The position numbers were made by a program, and so were the translations under genes. A stretch of 64,000 nucleotides of DNA from Vicugna vicugna. Lineage: Eukaryota. How positions within the stretch are numbered: the stretch's first letter is position 1; each line of letters opens with the position of its first letter. The DNA is taken from contig MU058065.1 of the NCBI GenBank assembly GCA_013265495.1, forward strand, positions 310,001 through 374,000, written 5' to 3'. This document shows, piece by piece, positions 24,497-36,365 of the stretch. The notes under the pieces are model-generated. The model was not told the DNA's origin. It saw only the letters and a program-made list of their open reading frames with translations, and ran no database searches.

Positions 24497-27400
24497 AAAT
24501 TAACAACTCCTGTTTAACTCTGCCTGGTTTCTGGGGAATAACACTGTACCTAACAGACCGATGGGAGGATGTCTTGAACTCCACAAGGATGTTTTTCTCT
24601 TGGCAGTTTCCAAGAACAGTGATAAAAATCAGAAAACAAACCAAACCAAAACAAACAAAAAAAAAAACGTTTTCCTAGAATCACCAAGCATCAGGAGGTT
24701 CCAGGAAGCTGGTTTCTGACCGGTGTTAGTAATCTGTTAACAATTAGATAGAAACAAGAGTTCAGCGAGTTTTTAAGTATATGGAAGTATTTAAAAATTT
24801 AGGAGTTTCATGTGACGGGGGCACCTCTGAGCTTTTGCGAGGAAGATTTATTTGCCAGTCTTACCTTCAGTTTTCATTTGGGCATTAGATGTGTGGTAAT
24901 GGAAAAGCAAAGGGAAAACATTTCTGCTGCAACTGGCCTGTGTTCAGAAACCACGCCTCTTCTGCATATCAGTGGCTGTTTAAAAAAACATGTTTTGCTC
25001 TGTATGGCATATGTCATAAAGCATCAGACACAGTGAGATGCCTTAGCATGTCTTCTGAGTAAGAAAAAAAAGGCAGCCCTGCCTTGTCTGAAATATGTTT
25101 ACATCACAGATGGTTTTTGCCTTTTGAGTTTCCAGACAGGTGACTATCTGCGGGAACAGACCTAACTCATCCAAATCCTCGTTTGCAACAAAGGGTGGGA
25201 GGGATGTTTGGTGGGAGAGAAATGCTGACGGAGTCAGACCCAGAGCCCCACCAGGGAGCTGGAATCCTCTCCACACCCTGTACTTTGACAAACCTGTTCT
25301 TGCTTTGCTGCCCGTGTGCACAAAAGCAGTTTTTCTAAATAGCTATGTTTAGATTAGCACTCGGTCTAACAGAAGTTCTAACATGTTGTTCTAACATGTT
25401 GATTAAGCCACACAGAGATCAAAACAGACAGACAGACAGACAGAAATACAAACAAACAAACAGACCTCCTTCTCTGAACTGTCCTATTTCTTAGCATGGG
25501 AGAAAAAAAATCTCTGTATGAATTTTGTACAAGTTTGCTCGAACCTTGAATAGAACAAAGAGCCTTTAGGAAACAGAGATTTGTTAGTTATTTGGTGGGG
25601 ATAAAGGAAGTGCAGGAATTAAAAGAAAAATACAGGCATTTGCTTTGGAGATGAGTCCATGTGCCTGAGACCAAGGGCTTGGCTGTGGGGAACGGAGCAC
25701 TGACCCTGAGTCATTTGGGGGTCATAGCGATTGAGAATCGAGAAAACTTGCCTGGGGTTGTGTTCTTGCACCAAATCCCTCCAGCCAGTTTGCCAGATGC
25801 TAACTCAGTCGGGGGAGAGTGGATTATGCCCAGGGAGTGGATAAATCTTCTCACTGATACTCAGACATGGCTGTTATTTTATGGTTCCTTTTACAAAAGC
25901 AGATGATCGGATTTCAGGAAGGAAAGCGGAGCGCAGGGACAAGTGTAAGCTGTCATGGTGATCTCTCTCTACTTTAATCTTTTAAATGCATTACCTTATT
26001 TCCTATTGAAGATGTAGTTCCTTAAAAGCAGCACGCTGTTAGGGTTCAGGCAATTTCAATATTTTTGACGTGTCTCATTTTTCAAGTCTTTAAAAAGGAG
26101 TCCTTTAAAGAAAAGCAAATGGCATCTTCTAATGTAATTATTTAGCAATTAGTAAGTGTCTGGATCGGTTTTGCTGATGCTTAGCGCCCTCTGTAAAACA
26201 TAACAGGGATGGTGCTATTTACCGATGATCATGTAATAACTGGCTTATGGATACAATTGTAACTTGCCGACAAATAAAGCAGAAGTTGACTTTGGACATC
26301 ACCAGTCCCAGGAGTGTTGCATTAAGACAGGAAAGCTTTACCATTCCTCCTGGGGTTGGGCTCAGGAGTCTCTCAGCTGCTTTGCTCTGTTTACTTGCTC
26401 TGGTTCAGGGTAGAATACTTCCCTCTTTAAGTGGATCAAAGGCAGAGAGTCTGGAATTTGGACGGCAGGCAGTAAGGGAAGTGTGTTCAGAGTAACTTCT
26501 AAGTTTAAGGAAAAGTCTCAGCGTCCTAATAAAGATTGCCTTTTGCGATCGCTCTCAATCGTGCGCTTCACTGTAGCTGCTTAATAAATGCACTCGTGGT
26601 TCTTTTCTACCGTAATAAAGGCGCTAGTGTTCGACGCTGTGATGAAACGTGCCCTGGTGGCTCGGGGCCTTTCAGCACGGAAGCGAACTCCGGCTGTTGA
26701 TTGCCAGTTGTCATGGCCCTTTGGACAAGCTGACCTCTGACACAGCTTAGATGTCGTCCCCTCCCTCCCTGAGGCTGGGCTTAATCCCTCGCCCCATCTA
26801 GACTTGGACTCAACCTCTAGCCCTCTTTCCAGCCCTTCTTTAAACCTCTGCTTACTTCCTGGTCCCTTGACTCTCAGCTTACTCATCGGAAACCCAGCTG
26901 GGCCTCACGGGGCGTCTTGCGCCTGACGAGGCAGAGCCAAGACTCCCATCTTATCTTCTCTCCACTCTCCCCTTCATCTTCTTGCAATGTAGGGGCTCAG
27001 TAAGGTCAGCGCTCTCCCCTGGGCCTTGTCTCACCCAGCCCATTCCCCTTTGGAGTTCTCGCTCACATTCAGCTTGTCTTCCAAAGACTAGTCTTTAAAC
27101 ATCCCAGAGGTTCCCCAGGACATGCCACACCCACCCGCACACTGGTCCTTTGAAGCTTCCTCCTCCAGCTTTCGGAACCCCCTGGCCTTGTTTGGGAGAA
27201 GGGGAGCTGGGCTGGCTTAACCGAGAACTGGCCTTGGGGCTGGACCAGAGACTCACCCAGGAGCCCTCACCTGAGGTTAGGAAGGCGTCAGTACTGGGCG
27301 GTGCGTGCAGGAGAGCTGAGCCCTGAGCTCCAGCAGGAGCGTTAGTAGAAGCATAAATCTAGGAGGCAGCAGAAGCAGAGAATGAAGAGCACCAGGCAGC

Positions 27401-27715
27401 CGAAACGCACCATGGCCAACAAAGCAGTTTTCGGGGAAGAGGGAGGGCGGGATATTTCCCTGAGAGGCTGCTAACGCAGACAGGTCTGAGGGGTTTGTTT
27501 CATGGGCAACAGAAACGAGGCTCATGCGAGTGGGTCAGGAACACAGATGCTGGTCTGCACACTCGTCCTTGCGCCTCTGATCAAGTTTCATGAGTGAATG
27601 GACCGTGGCTTCCACCTACTCTTATTAATAATGCCTGCTCTTTCCTTATGGGCTGGCGTGAAGGAAATCCCTCTCAATTTGATAAAAGCCAGAGGGGAGG
27701 TTAGTTGCTACTCCC

Positions 27716-28067
27716 TGTATTCACGTGCTGGGGGCGTAACAAGGTACCATAGATTAGGTGGCTTAAATCACAGAAGTTAATTTTCTCACAGTCCTGGGAG
27801 TCCAAGACCAAGGTACTGGTTTCCCCTCTGGCCTCTCTCCTTGGCAGACCATTGCCTTCTTGCTGTGTCCTCTCTACTTGTCTGTGTCCACGTCTCCTCT
27901 TCTTATAAAGACACCAGTCGGACTGGGTTCTGGCCCACCCCAGTGGCCTCATTTAACTCCATCACTTCTTTAAAGGCCCTGTCTCCAAGCACAGTCACAT
28001 TCAAAAGCACTGGGGGGTTAGGGCTTCAACATATGAATTTTGGGGGAGCACATTTCAGCACATCATA
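27716..28067 (-). mobile_element. MaLR solo LTR (MLT1A/B-like) with 5-bp TSD
   Basis: gtggcttaaatcacagaag...tcctcttcttataaagacaccagtc...cttcaacatatgaattttgggg; TSD CTCCC at 27711-27715 and 28068-28072. Confidence 0.9.
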
Positions 28068-28611
28068 CTCCCCAGTTTCTAAAACCACGCAGTCTGGCCG
28101 AATGCCCAGTTGCCCGGTGGGCGAGATGCCACAGTTGGAGTCCTGTCGGCCCCTTTGTCTCACTCTGGTGGTCCTCTAATAGCTTTGGGGCCACTCCTCC
28201 AGGTTGGAAATGATCTTTCTGTTCTCAAGCCAGGACTGGCCTACGGCCAGGTTTTGTTTGCCACCCTCTATGTTTGAAAAGTTTAATTAGTGGCCAAGTT
28301 TAAAGGGCCATTCTGGATATTTCACATACATATCTCAGTTTCCAGCTTCTCTTCCAAAGCTGGAAGACCTGTGAACACAGGGCTTGCTGTTCCACATGAC
28401 AGCACTGTGGTGGCCACCTCCTTCAGGCAGGCCACCAACACCCTGCAGTCCCTCTAACCCACTTCTCTCCTGTTGTCCATCAGCCTGGCTCCTGAGGACA
28501 TTTGGACGTTTGACTCCCAAATTACTGATATACCCACTGCCCCCCAGAATGCTGCCCCCTGTACTTCCCTTCCTTTTTGTTTCTCCTTCCTTTTCTTTAG
28601 AACTCTCCATG

Positions 28612-28740
28612 TGAAGGTTCTCCACTGGTAGCAGTTTTGTCCCCAGGGGACATTTGATAACATCCAAACCCATTTTTGATTGTCATGACTGGAGAGGGGA
28701 GCTGCCAAGGTATCTAGTGGTAGATTACAGCCCCTCACAA
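28612..28740 (+). mobile_element. MER20 fragment
   Basis: ttttgtccccaggggacatttg...catttttgattgtcatgactgg...atctagtggtaga. Confidence 0.7.
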
Positions 28741-31354
28741 CAAAATAAAACAAAGCAAAACGAACATCCAAAAACAGTGATTGATAAATCAATAACTCAT
28801 TTGAAACTTTCTCTGAAGAAAAATAATTTATCTTAGTTAAGGCAGTTTCAGTGAAATAAGAATAAAAGAGGAAACATTAGGAACAGTTTATCTTCTCTAT
28901 TTATAAAATTGATCAAAGAATGAAGTCAGTGTAAGGAGTTAGGCTCTGGAGATCTCTTTCCCTTTGAAAATCTTCCAGCTGTTAATATTCTGATAATATT
29001 CATCTTCGGAATGTCCTCAAGGTGAATGTATTGACGTGAAAATATCCAAATGGCAGGGTCAAAACAGCATGGAAGAAATATTCCTCCATTTCCCTCCACT
29101 CATTGACGCCACTTGGATTAGGCCCTCCTTTGTTTCTGAAACGGGCTTTTGTTCAGTGTCCCTGCAGTGGATTCCATACCTCTCAAACTGCCCCAACACG
29201 ACAGAGCTACTGCTACGCTAGCATTTTCAAGGGTAATCTCATTCTGTGTTGATGTTCAGTGATGTCATTTTTTGCAGTCTCTCTCTTGGTTCCTGGCACA
29301 TCACAAGTGCTCAGGAACTGTTTTATCCTTCCCTGTTTCTGCATCTTTCCTTAAGCCCAAAGTCCTTATCCTGGTTTTTAAGATGGATGCTCAAACTGTT
29401 TACTTTCTAACAGACCAGTTTTTTCCTTTTCTCTTTTTGCATGCCCTACCCTCCGGAAAGTCTGCTCACCATCCTCACCACGTTTTCCTGTTGCTCTGCT
29501 TTCCTTATACAGGTGGCGTCTTCCAGCTCGTCTTGCTCCTCATCTTTGTGCAGCTGAATCTTTCCTGTTCTGTGCACCTAACTTCAGTGGTACCTCCCCA
29601 GAGAAAACCTATCTTCTCCTAAGAAAACGTGAGGTGTACCTTCTGCTAACCATCCCAGAAGGTGTTTTTTTACTATGGTGGGACTTCATACATTTTGTCT
29701 TCCCTCTCGACTGGAACATCTAAATTCTGTGAGAGTGGGATTATTTTTTAAACATTTCTGAAATCTGAGCAGGACTGGCACAGCTGCTTAAGAATGTTAG
29801 GTATTCATTAACCATTTGCCACCCAACTGTATGAAGAGGTGACAAGATGTTTTTGTGGAGACCAATCTGATAAGAGTTGTGGCCCTACTGTGGGAAAAGC
29901 CTTCAACTCTAGTCCCACTGATGGGAGAGAGGTTACTGGCAAGGAATTAGGGATAACTAAAATGTAAAATTTTCTTGCAAATACTTCTAGACTCCATGTT
30001 TTCTTCTTCTGTGTCTCTCTCCAAAATACTTTTCTTACTATGCATTTGAAAAATTCAAACATCGTATTCTTGCATCGTATTCTCATCTCTGTTCATATAT
30101 TTTCCTCTTTCTTTGGAAAGTTCACATTTGGAAGACTAGAGAGAGAGCCTGGTAATGGGAGAGAGGCCTTTCCAGCAGGAATTGTTCGATACTGACCCTA
30201 TGATATTCTTGGTTGGCACGTGCTTAAAGATAATAGTGTTTCCAACCACCACACAAGTGTCTGAAGTTCATTTGCTAAAAATATTCCTGACTTTCCAAAT
30301 GGAGAGAAGCCTATTTCAAAACTTTTAATTTTTATGGAAATGAAATTTCTCTGCTTGGCAGAAGGTTGCTCAATGTTCAGTGCATTCACTTTCTTGTATT
30401 TCTGTACAAAGTTGGCCCAAGTTAGTCTCTGCTTCAATTCTGTATCATGGAGTTTTTAAAAATTTCTTGACTTCTCATTGATAACCCATTTTCAAAGATT
30501 CTACAGTGCTTTCCTGTTAAAGAAAAAAGATAAACATAATTATAGTTTTGGAAGTCCCTGGGAACGTTTGCTTGTCTCTGGTCCTTATTACAAAGAACCT
30601 TGATAATGATGTGTTGCTTTTAAAAAGTCACAATATGCTTTATCTAGTCCCATTATGAGCTAATAAATTACCAATTATTTTCCCTTAATCCAGAACATGA
30701 TTTTGTAATTATCTATCAGTTTAAATAAGAGTCGAGATTAAGCATGTCAAAATTATCCCACCAGCTCCAATAATTATTAAAAGAGCATCAGATAGTGAGA
30801 ATGAAGTCACTTCCATGTGTCTGAGTTTGTGATGAGCAAGGAAATGGGGACGGCAAAGGAAGGAACAAAACTAGCTTTATCATTTGGCTTTCAGTTAATC
30901 AATCCCAGCCACATGAACTTTTCGGGTACCTACAGAGATTTAAATGCAATTGCTGGTTTTCTGGCATTTCTAGTCTATGAGAAAAATGACATATTGGAAC
31001 TTTGCAGATTTGAACAAATTCTCAAGATTTCTAACCTACTTTTACAGGAAACAATTTTCACAAGTTTCAGATTCTTGAAAATTTTCCTCCCCCAAAGAAT
31101 GTAAGCATACGAATAGCACGGCCATTTTCTCCTTAAGTACAAATCATCCTGCAGGTTGTGGTCCCCAAGACATTTTGGTTAATTCCCCCCTGCTAATTAA
31201 CACATAGAAATCAATTAGGTTTGCTTCCGTAATTTTCATTTAGATTAGAACATTAAATTTAACAGATGATCAATCTCATTACTTTCACTAAGAGGTTTCC
31301 TGTAGCTAGTAGCCAGCCACCTGCTTGCGAGGCTTCTTATATGGAGTTCCATGC

Positions 31355-31530
31355 TTCCGTTTTCCAAAAGCAGACCCCAACACCATCTGCAGCAGAATCA
31401 CCTGAGATGCTCCCTGAAGATGACTGTCACTGGTTCTCGCGGAGGTCTACTGAGTATGGCCAGGGAACGTTAACCTGAGTGACCACTCTTAGTGATTCTG
31501 ATGTACAGCAACATTTGAGAAATAATGGAT
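31355..31530. mobile_element. MER5-family hAT-Charlie element (degraded)
   Basis: ctgcagcagaatcacctgagatgct...gtgattctgatgtacagcaacatttgagaaata. Confidence 0.6.
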
Positions 31531-32049
31531 TAGATGCTTTTAGGCAATCAAGATGGCATCACTTGGCAATGAACTACGGTGATATGAATCATCAGTGTCA
31601 ATAAGTAAGATTAGCCAAGACTTCCTGCTTGTGTAAGGTCAGAATATTCTTATTTTTGACATAAATAGAGGGAAGTGGTTATTTGGTTTGTTACCATTGA
31701 AATGGACACCTACTGTTTCAAGTCAAAGGGAAGAACAAACACGCATTTGTAAATTTCAGGATTGTGTGTGGAAAATACTACTCTTCATCTTTTAAAACTA
31801 TGCATAAAAGCCTAAAACGGACAAAGTGGACTTTTAAGTCCTTTTTACTTGATACTCTCTTTTCTTTTAAAATAAGACATAGAAGTCAGAGAATTATAGA
31901 CTAACGTATTTTCAAGGAAGGGAAAATACAAATAATTATGCAATTAAGACAGGTTATACACTTAATGCAACTGAAACTTATTTAGTATTTGTTCCATGAT
32001 CAGAGCAATCTTAGGTCCCAGGAAACCAAAGATGAAAATCCACTGACTG

Positions 32050-32536
32050 CGTGGAAGAAACGTAAGTGCATATTACTAAGCCAAGGGAGCCCATCTGAAA
32101 AGGCTACACGTTATTCCAACTACACGGCATTCTGCAAAAGGTATAACAAGACAGTAGAAACGTCAGTGATTGTGAGGCTTTAGTGGAGAGGGGTCAATAG
32201 GCAGAGCACAGAGGATTTTCAGTACTTTGTTTACTCTGTATGACTCTGTAATGGTGGATAAATGTCATTACGCATTTGTCAAAACCCACAGAATGTAGGG
32301 CACCAAAAATGAATCTTAATGTAAACTATGGGCTGTAGGTGATAATGATGTCAATGTAGGTTCATTGATTGTAACTAATCCACCACTGTGGTTTGGGATG
32401 TTGACAGTGGAGTGAGCTGTGTGTGTGTGTGTGTGTGTGGAGAGGGGGTGGTGGATATGTGGGAACTCACTATATTTTATGCTCAATTTTGCTGAGAACC
32501 TAAAACTGCTCTAACAAATAAAGTCTACTGAAAAAA
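32050..32536 (+). mobile_element. L1MC1-like 3' end
   Basis: taagtgcatattactaag...aataggcagagcacagaggatttt...taatgtaaactatggg...aacctaaaactgctctaacaaataaagtcta. Confidence 0.85.
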
Positions 32537-32639
32537 GTTACTGAAACCCCCCAGAGGACACTAAGAGCCTAATTGTTAGAACTGATGCTCAAACATCCGG
32601 TAGAGTCCACAGTCATCAAGGCAACAGAATTAAATCCTA

Positions 32640-34300
32640 AGAAGTGGGACAGCATGGAGGAGGGAACAATTAACTAGGAGAAGGAAGAATCAGGGAAGAT
32701 CTTTGAGAAGTAGGATGTCTGAACTGAATTGTGAGGATCAAGACGAATCTCTCAGATGGACACATTCCACCATATTGACATTCTAGTGTCCTGATGTTTT
32801 ATGGGGAACTGTAAATCATCTGGTATTGCTGGAACAAAGCTGGAAGCTATAGGGAGAGCAGTAGGAATGAAGGTGACAAGTAGCTAAGGAAGGCTGACTT
32901 GCACGTACACCTGCACACACACAGGTGCCTATGCATATAGATGACAGGCATATACCCATAAACACACATGCACATAGACAAATACATGTGCATATAGGAC
33001 AAAGACCATATGGCATTTAAACCTGTTGGGGAACCACAGAACAACTTTTACCAGGGAAGTGATGTGGTCTAATTTACATTTTATAAAGAGCCCTACGGTG
33101 GTTATGGGGAGCTGGAAGGAAATAGAGACTGGATGGAAACACCTTGTTAACTGGATAAAATTAAGAGCATATGGTAATAAAAGCAAGAGCAGATTCAGAT
33201 TCAGGAGATATTAAAGAAGTTGGATCAGTTAACTTCTTGAGCACTTCATTGTGGGAGGTAAGAGAGAAAGAGGAGCTGGAAATTTGTTCTCAAGTTTTGG
33301 GCTTAAGAGAATGAGTGGGTGGTGTTAAACTCAATCAAGACAGGAAATGCAGAATTAAGACCAGTTTTAGGAGTGGCTACTGTCTCAAGATTAGGGACTT
33401 GATGTTTGACGTAACTGAGCTTGAGGTGTCTCTGGGACATCAATCCATTCAACTAAGCCCCTTTAGATGCCCTGCCCTGGGCTACGTACTGGATTCAGCA
33501 GTGAAGAAGGCAAGTGTAGTCCCCACCCTTGTGGAGTTTACTATTTGTAGGAAAGGAAGACTTCAAAAAATAACTACAGATATAATTTCTGTTATGAAAG
33601 AGGAAGTAGAGCTACACAGACAGAAGAGGTCTAGGATGGAGACAGTTTTGAAAGCCAATGGATTCTAGACTAAAGTTGACATCATAAAGACCAATGAGGT
33701 GGCCAAGAGAGAAGATGATGAATGAAAAGAGGAAAGGGTTGCATAAAGAAGAGTGAGCATCCAGCTCTTAAAGGGGCAGCAAAGGAACCTCTGAAGGAAT
33801 GGTCTAAGAGTCACAGAGGGAGAAGCAGGGGGAGTTTCAAGAATGAAGTGGTCAGGATATGCTACGGAAAGCTGAGAGGAGATAAAGCCTCAGAGATGTT
33901 TTTGGGTCTCGTGATATGGAAGGCTTCCATGGTGTTCGTGAGAGCTGCTAGAGTGAACTGGTGGGGGCTGAGAGCTCATTGGAGCGTGTTGAAGGTGAAG
34001 GAGAAGCTATAAAACAACTGTCAATGGTGTCTTCTAGATGCTTGGTTCTGGAGGGAATGAGATAGAGAAATAAATGGACACAGGACAAAAAGCAGGTCCT
34101 TGAAAATGGGAGGCATTTGAACACATCAAACAATGAAGGAAAAGAAACTAGAAGAGAGAAGTTGAAAATGAAATAGAGAAGGGCTGCATTATGCAGCAAG
34201 TTTCTGACAAGGTCTTATCCAGAAGGGCATGGGTTCCATTGATGGGTGTCAGATTAGCTTTAAACAAGGGGAAGGTGATTTTTCCTTAAAAACTAAGTGA
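32640..34300 (-). mobile_element. Cluster of L2 fragments
   Basis: Purine-rich antisense L2 motifs (ggatgtctgaactgaa, ggtctaatttacatttt, ttgaggtgtctctgggacatc, agtttcaagaatgaagtggtca); boundaries approximate. Confidence 0.65.
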
Positions 34301-35545
34301 AAAGAAGTGACAGTGCCCACGGATGCAATAGGTGAGGACAGGGAGGCGGGGAGGCACCTAGGGGAAAGAGATGACTAAAACAGAAATTCAAAGATAAGCA
34401 AATATTTTTGTCAGTCTTGATCAGTTTAACATTTATCCCATAATACATCATCTCACACTTAAAATTTTAGCTGATAAGATTTTTAAAAAAAGGAAAAGAC
34501 AAAAAAGAATTGTGGTTCCAATGTGAAGTGAATGTCAAACATAAAAGATCAGATTTGATTTTTAAAGGTCCTCCCCAGGGTTTTATATTTAAATGAGGCA
34601 AAGTTCTGTGAACTGTATAGATCACAACAGGAACATGATTCCAGGAAATTCTGAGGTCATGTCATTCATGGAGATTTTTCTAACAAACAGAAGCTTTGCT
34701 GCAGCATTCTATAAATATTTATCAGCCATGGCTTTTATCCCCAGGAGGTTAAAGATCTCTTGAGTTTTGGATGAGAATGAGTAGTTGTCTGATTTGACCT
34801 GAATTAGTAGGCAAAAAGAAATCTACTGCTTAGCCCAACAGAATAATGGCATCTTTTGCAAAACATCACAGGACAACAGGAGTTGGTCCAGTCATTTACA
34901 AACCAGTGTGAACACTGTAATAAGTTTTACCCTTATAATCATATTTACTCGATTCTATTTGCTTTTAGATTGGCTTCGATTGCCTCAGAAGGTCATGAAA
35001 GGGGGCATATTCTTAAAACATCTGAGAAATTAACCAGCTTAATTTTAATGCTAGAAATCGAACTTTCTCCATGCTTTTCAACTGTTGCTGTTTCAAACTT
35101 TTCACACTGCATGCCATTTTATTAGAAGCTTTATCATGTGTTCACGTTAAAATGCGTTATGATTTTTATTTTAGAAGGTTAAAAAGTTTTAGCTTCTAAA
35201 GTAGCTAACTTCTTGATTTTATTACAGAAGTAAGTCATTTCATTGGTTTAAAAGTTGACATGAGACAGTGTGCTCCATAGATCATTCAAGAGAAATATGA
35301 AAGAGAGAAAAGGAAGTAGATGCAATACTACCAATCTCTTTAGAGATGTATTCATTTGCCATTAGTTTGGTCACCTGCAAAGTGTTTCAGAATTCTTGAA
35401 AGAATATTAATGTGAACTAAATGTGATCTTTCTCTTAAAAATTTCCAGATGTTGATTCAGGTAGACAGAAGTGTTTTGGTGTGGAGCAAAGTGGGATAAA
35501 GAATCATTTTTTAATTTTATGGAATCCTCCTTCCCATCAGCAGTA

Positions 35546-35848
35546 CTGTTGGCCCTCCAGGTCAACTGACCACGGATTGAAAAGATTTGGGAAAAAAAAT
35601 TCCAGAAAGTTCCAAAAAGCAAAACTTGAATTTGCCACGCAGCAGGCAACTATTTACATAGCATTCGCAATTTGTTAGGTATTGTGAGTAATCTAGAGAT
35701 GATTTAAAGCATATGAGAAGAAGAGCATAGGTTATTTGCAAATATCATGCCATTTTATATAAAGGATTTGGGCATCCGTGGACTGTGGTATCTTGCGAGA
35801 AGGATTGTTCCTGGAACCCACCCCCTGGCTGATACCAAGGGGGGACTG
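35546..35848. mobile_element. Tigger3/MER7-like TcMar MITE with TA target duplication
   Basis: TA|ctgttggccctcc...gataccaaggggggactg|TA; internal agtaatctagagatgatttaaag and gccattttatataaagga. Confidence 0.85.
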
Positions 35849-35984
35849 TATACTTGACAACACGGGGGTACAGTTATTAATGTGACAAGTGGTGAGCCTT
35901 TCTGTAAGAGTTCACATAGGACAGAAGCTTGAGAGAGGCTTTCCCAAATGTGACAGCTCAGAAATTTACATGAGACTGCAAAAA

Positions 35985-36365
35985 ACATGTTATGAAGCTG
36001 AAAAGAAGTTTTATAAACTGTGAATAATAATGAATAGATTTCATCCAACCATGCTAGAGAGAAGTGCATTTTTTTTCTCTTCTCTCTATGGAAAATGATA
36101 TTACAACAGAGTTTTCATATGAAGAGGCCACTGAAGAGTATGTAGTCGAAAAATGAAGGAAAAAAGTCTTATAAAGCTGTTTAATAAAAGATGTTTAATT
36201 ATTAAAAAGTTAATGTCATTTTTCCAGATTTTGTGTTACTTGCCAGCTTTAAAAATTTTGTGACTTCCTGTAACTTATTTTCTCATAAATAAATATTCAT
36301 TTGTATACACAATTTTGTATTTTGAATTCTTTTTTAAAGACTCCACAGAATCCAGATCTGCCCCA
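35985..36365 (+). mobile_element. hAT-Tip100 (Zaphod-like) transposase 3' fossil
   Basis: Translates as CYEAEKKFYKL*IIMNRFHPTMLE, a degenerate hAT dimerisation motif (cf. ERxFSxL...RSTM), followed by ENDIT...SYEEA. Confidence 0.7.

Noticed and set aside
25376..25401. Tandem duplication TTCTAACATGTTG x2
   Set aside because: A simple slippage duplication with no array structure.
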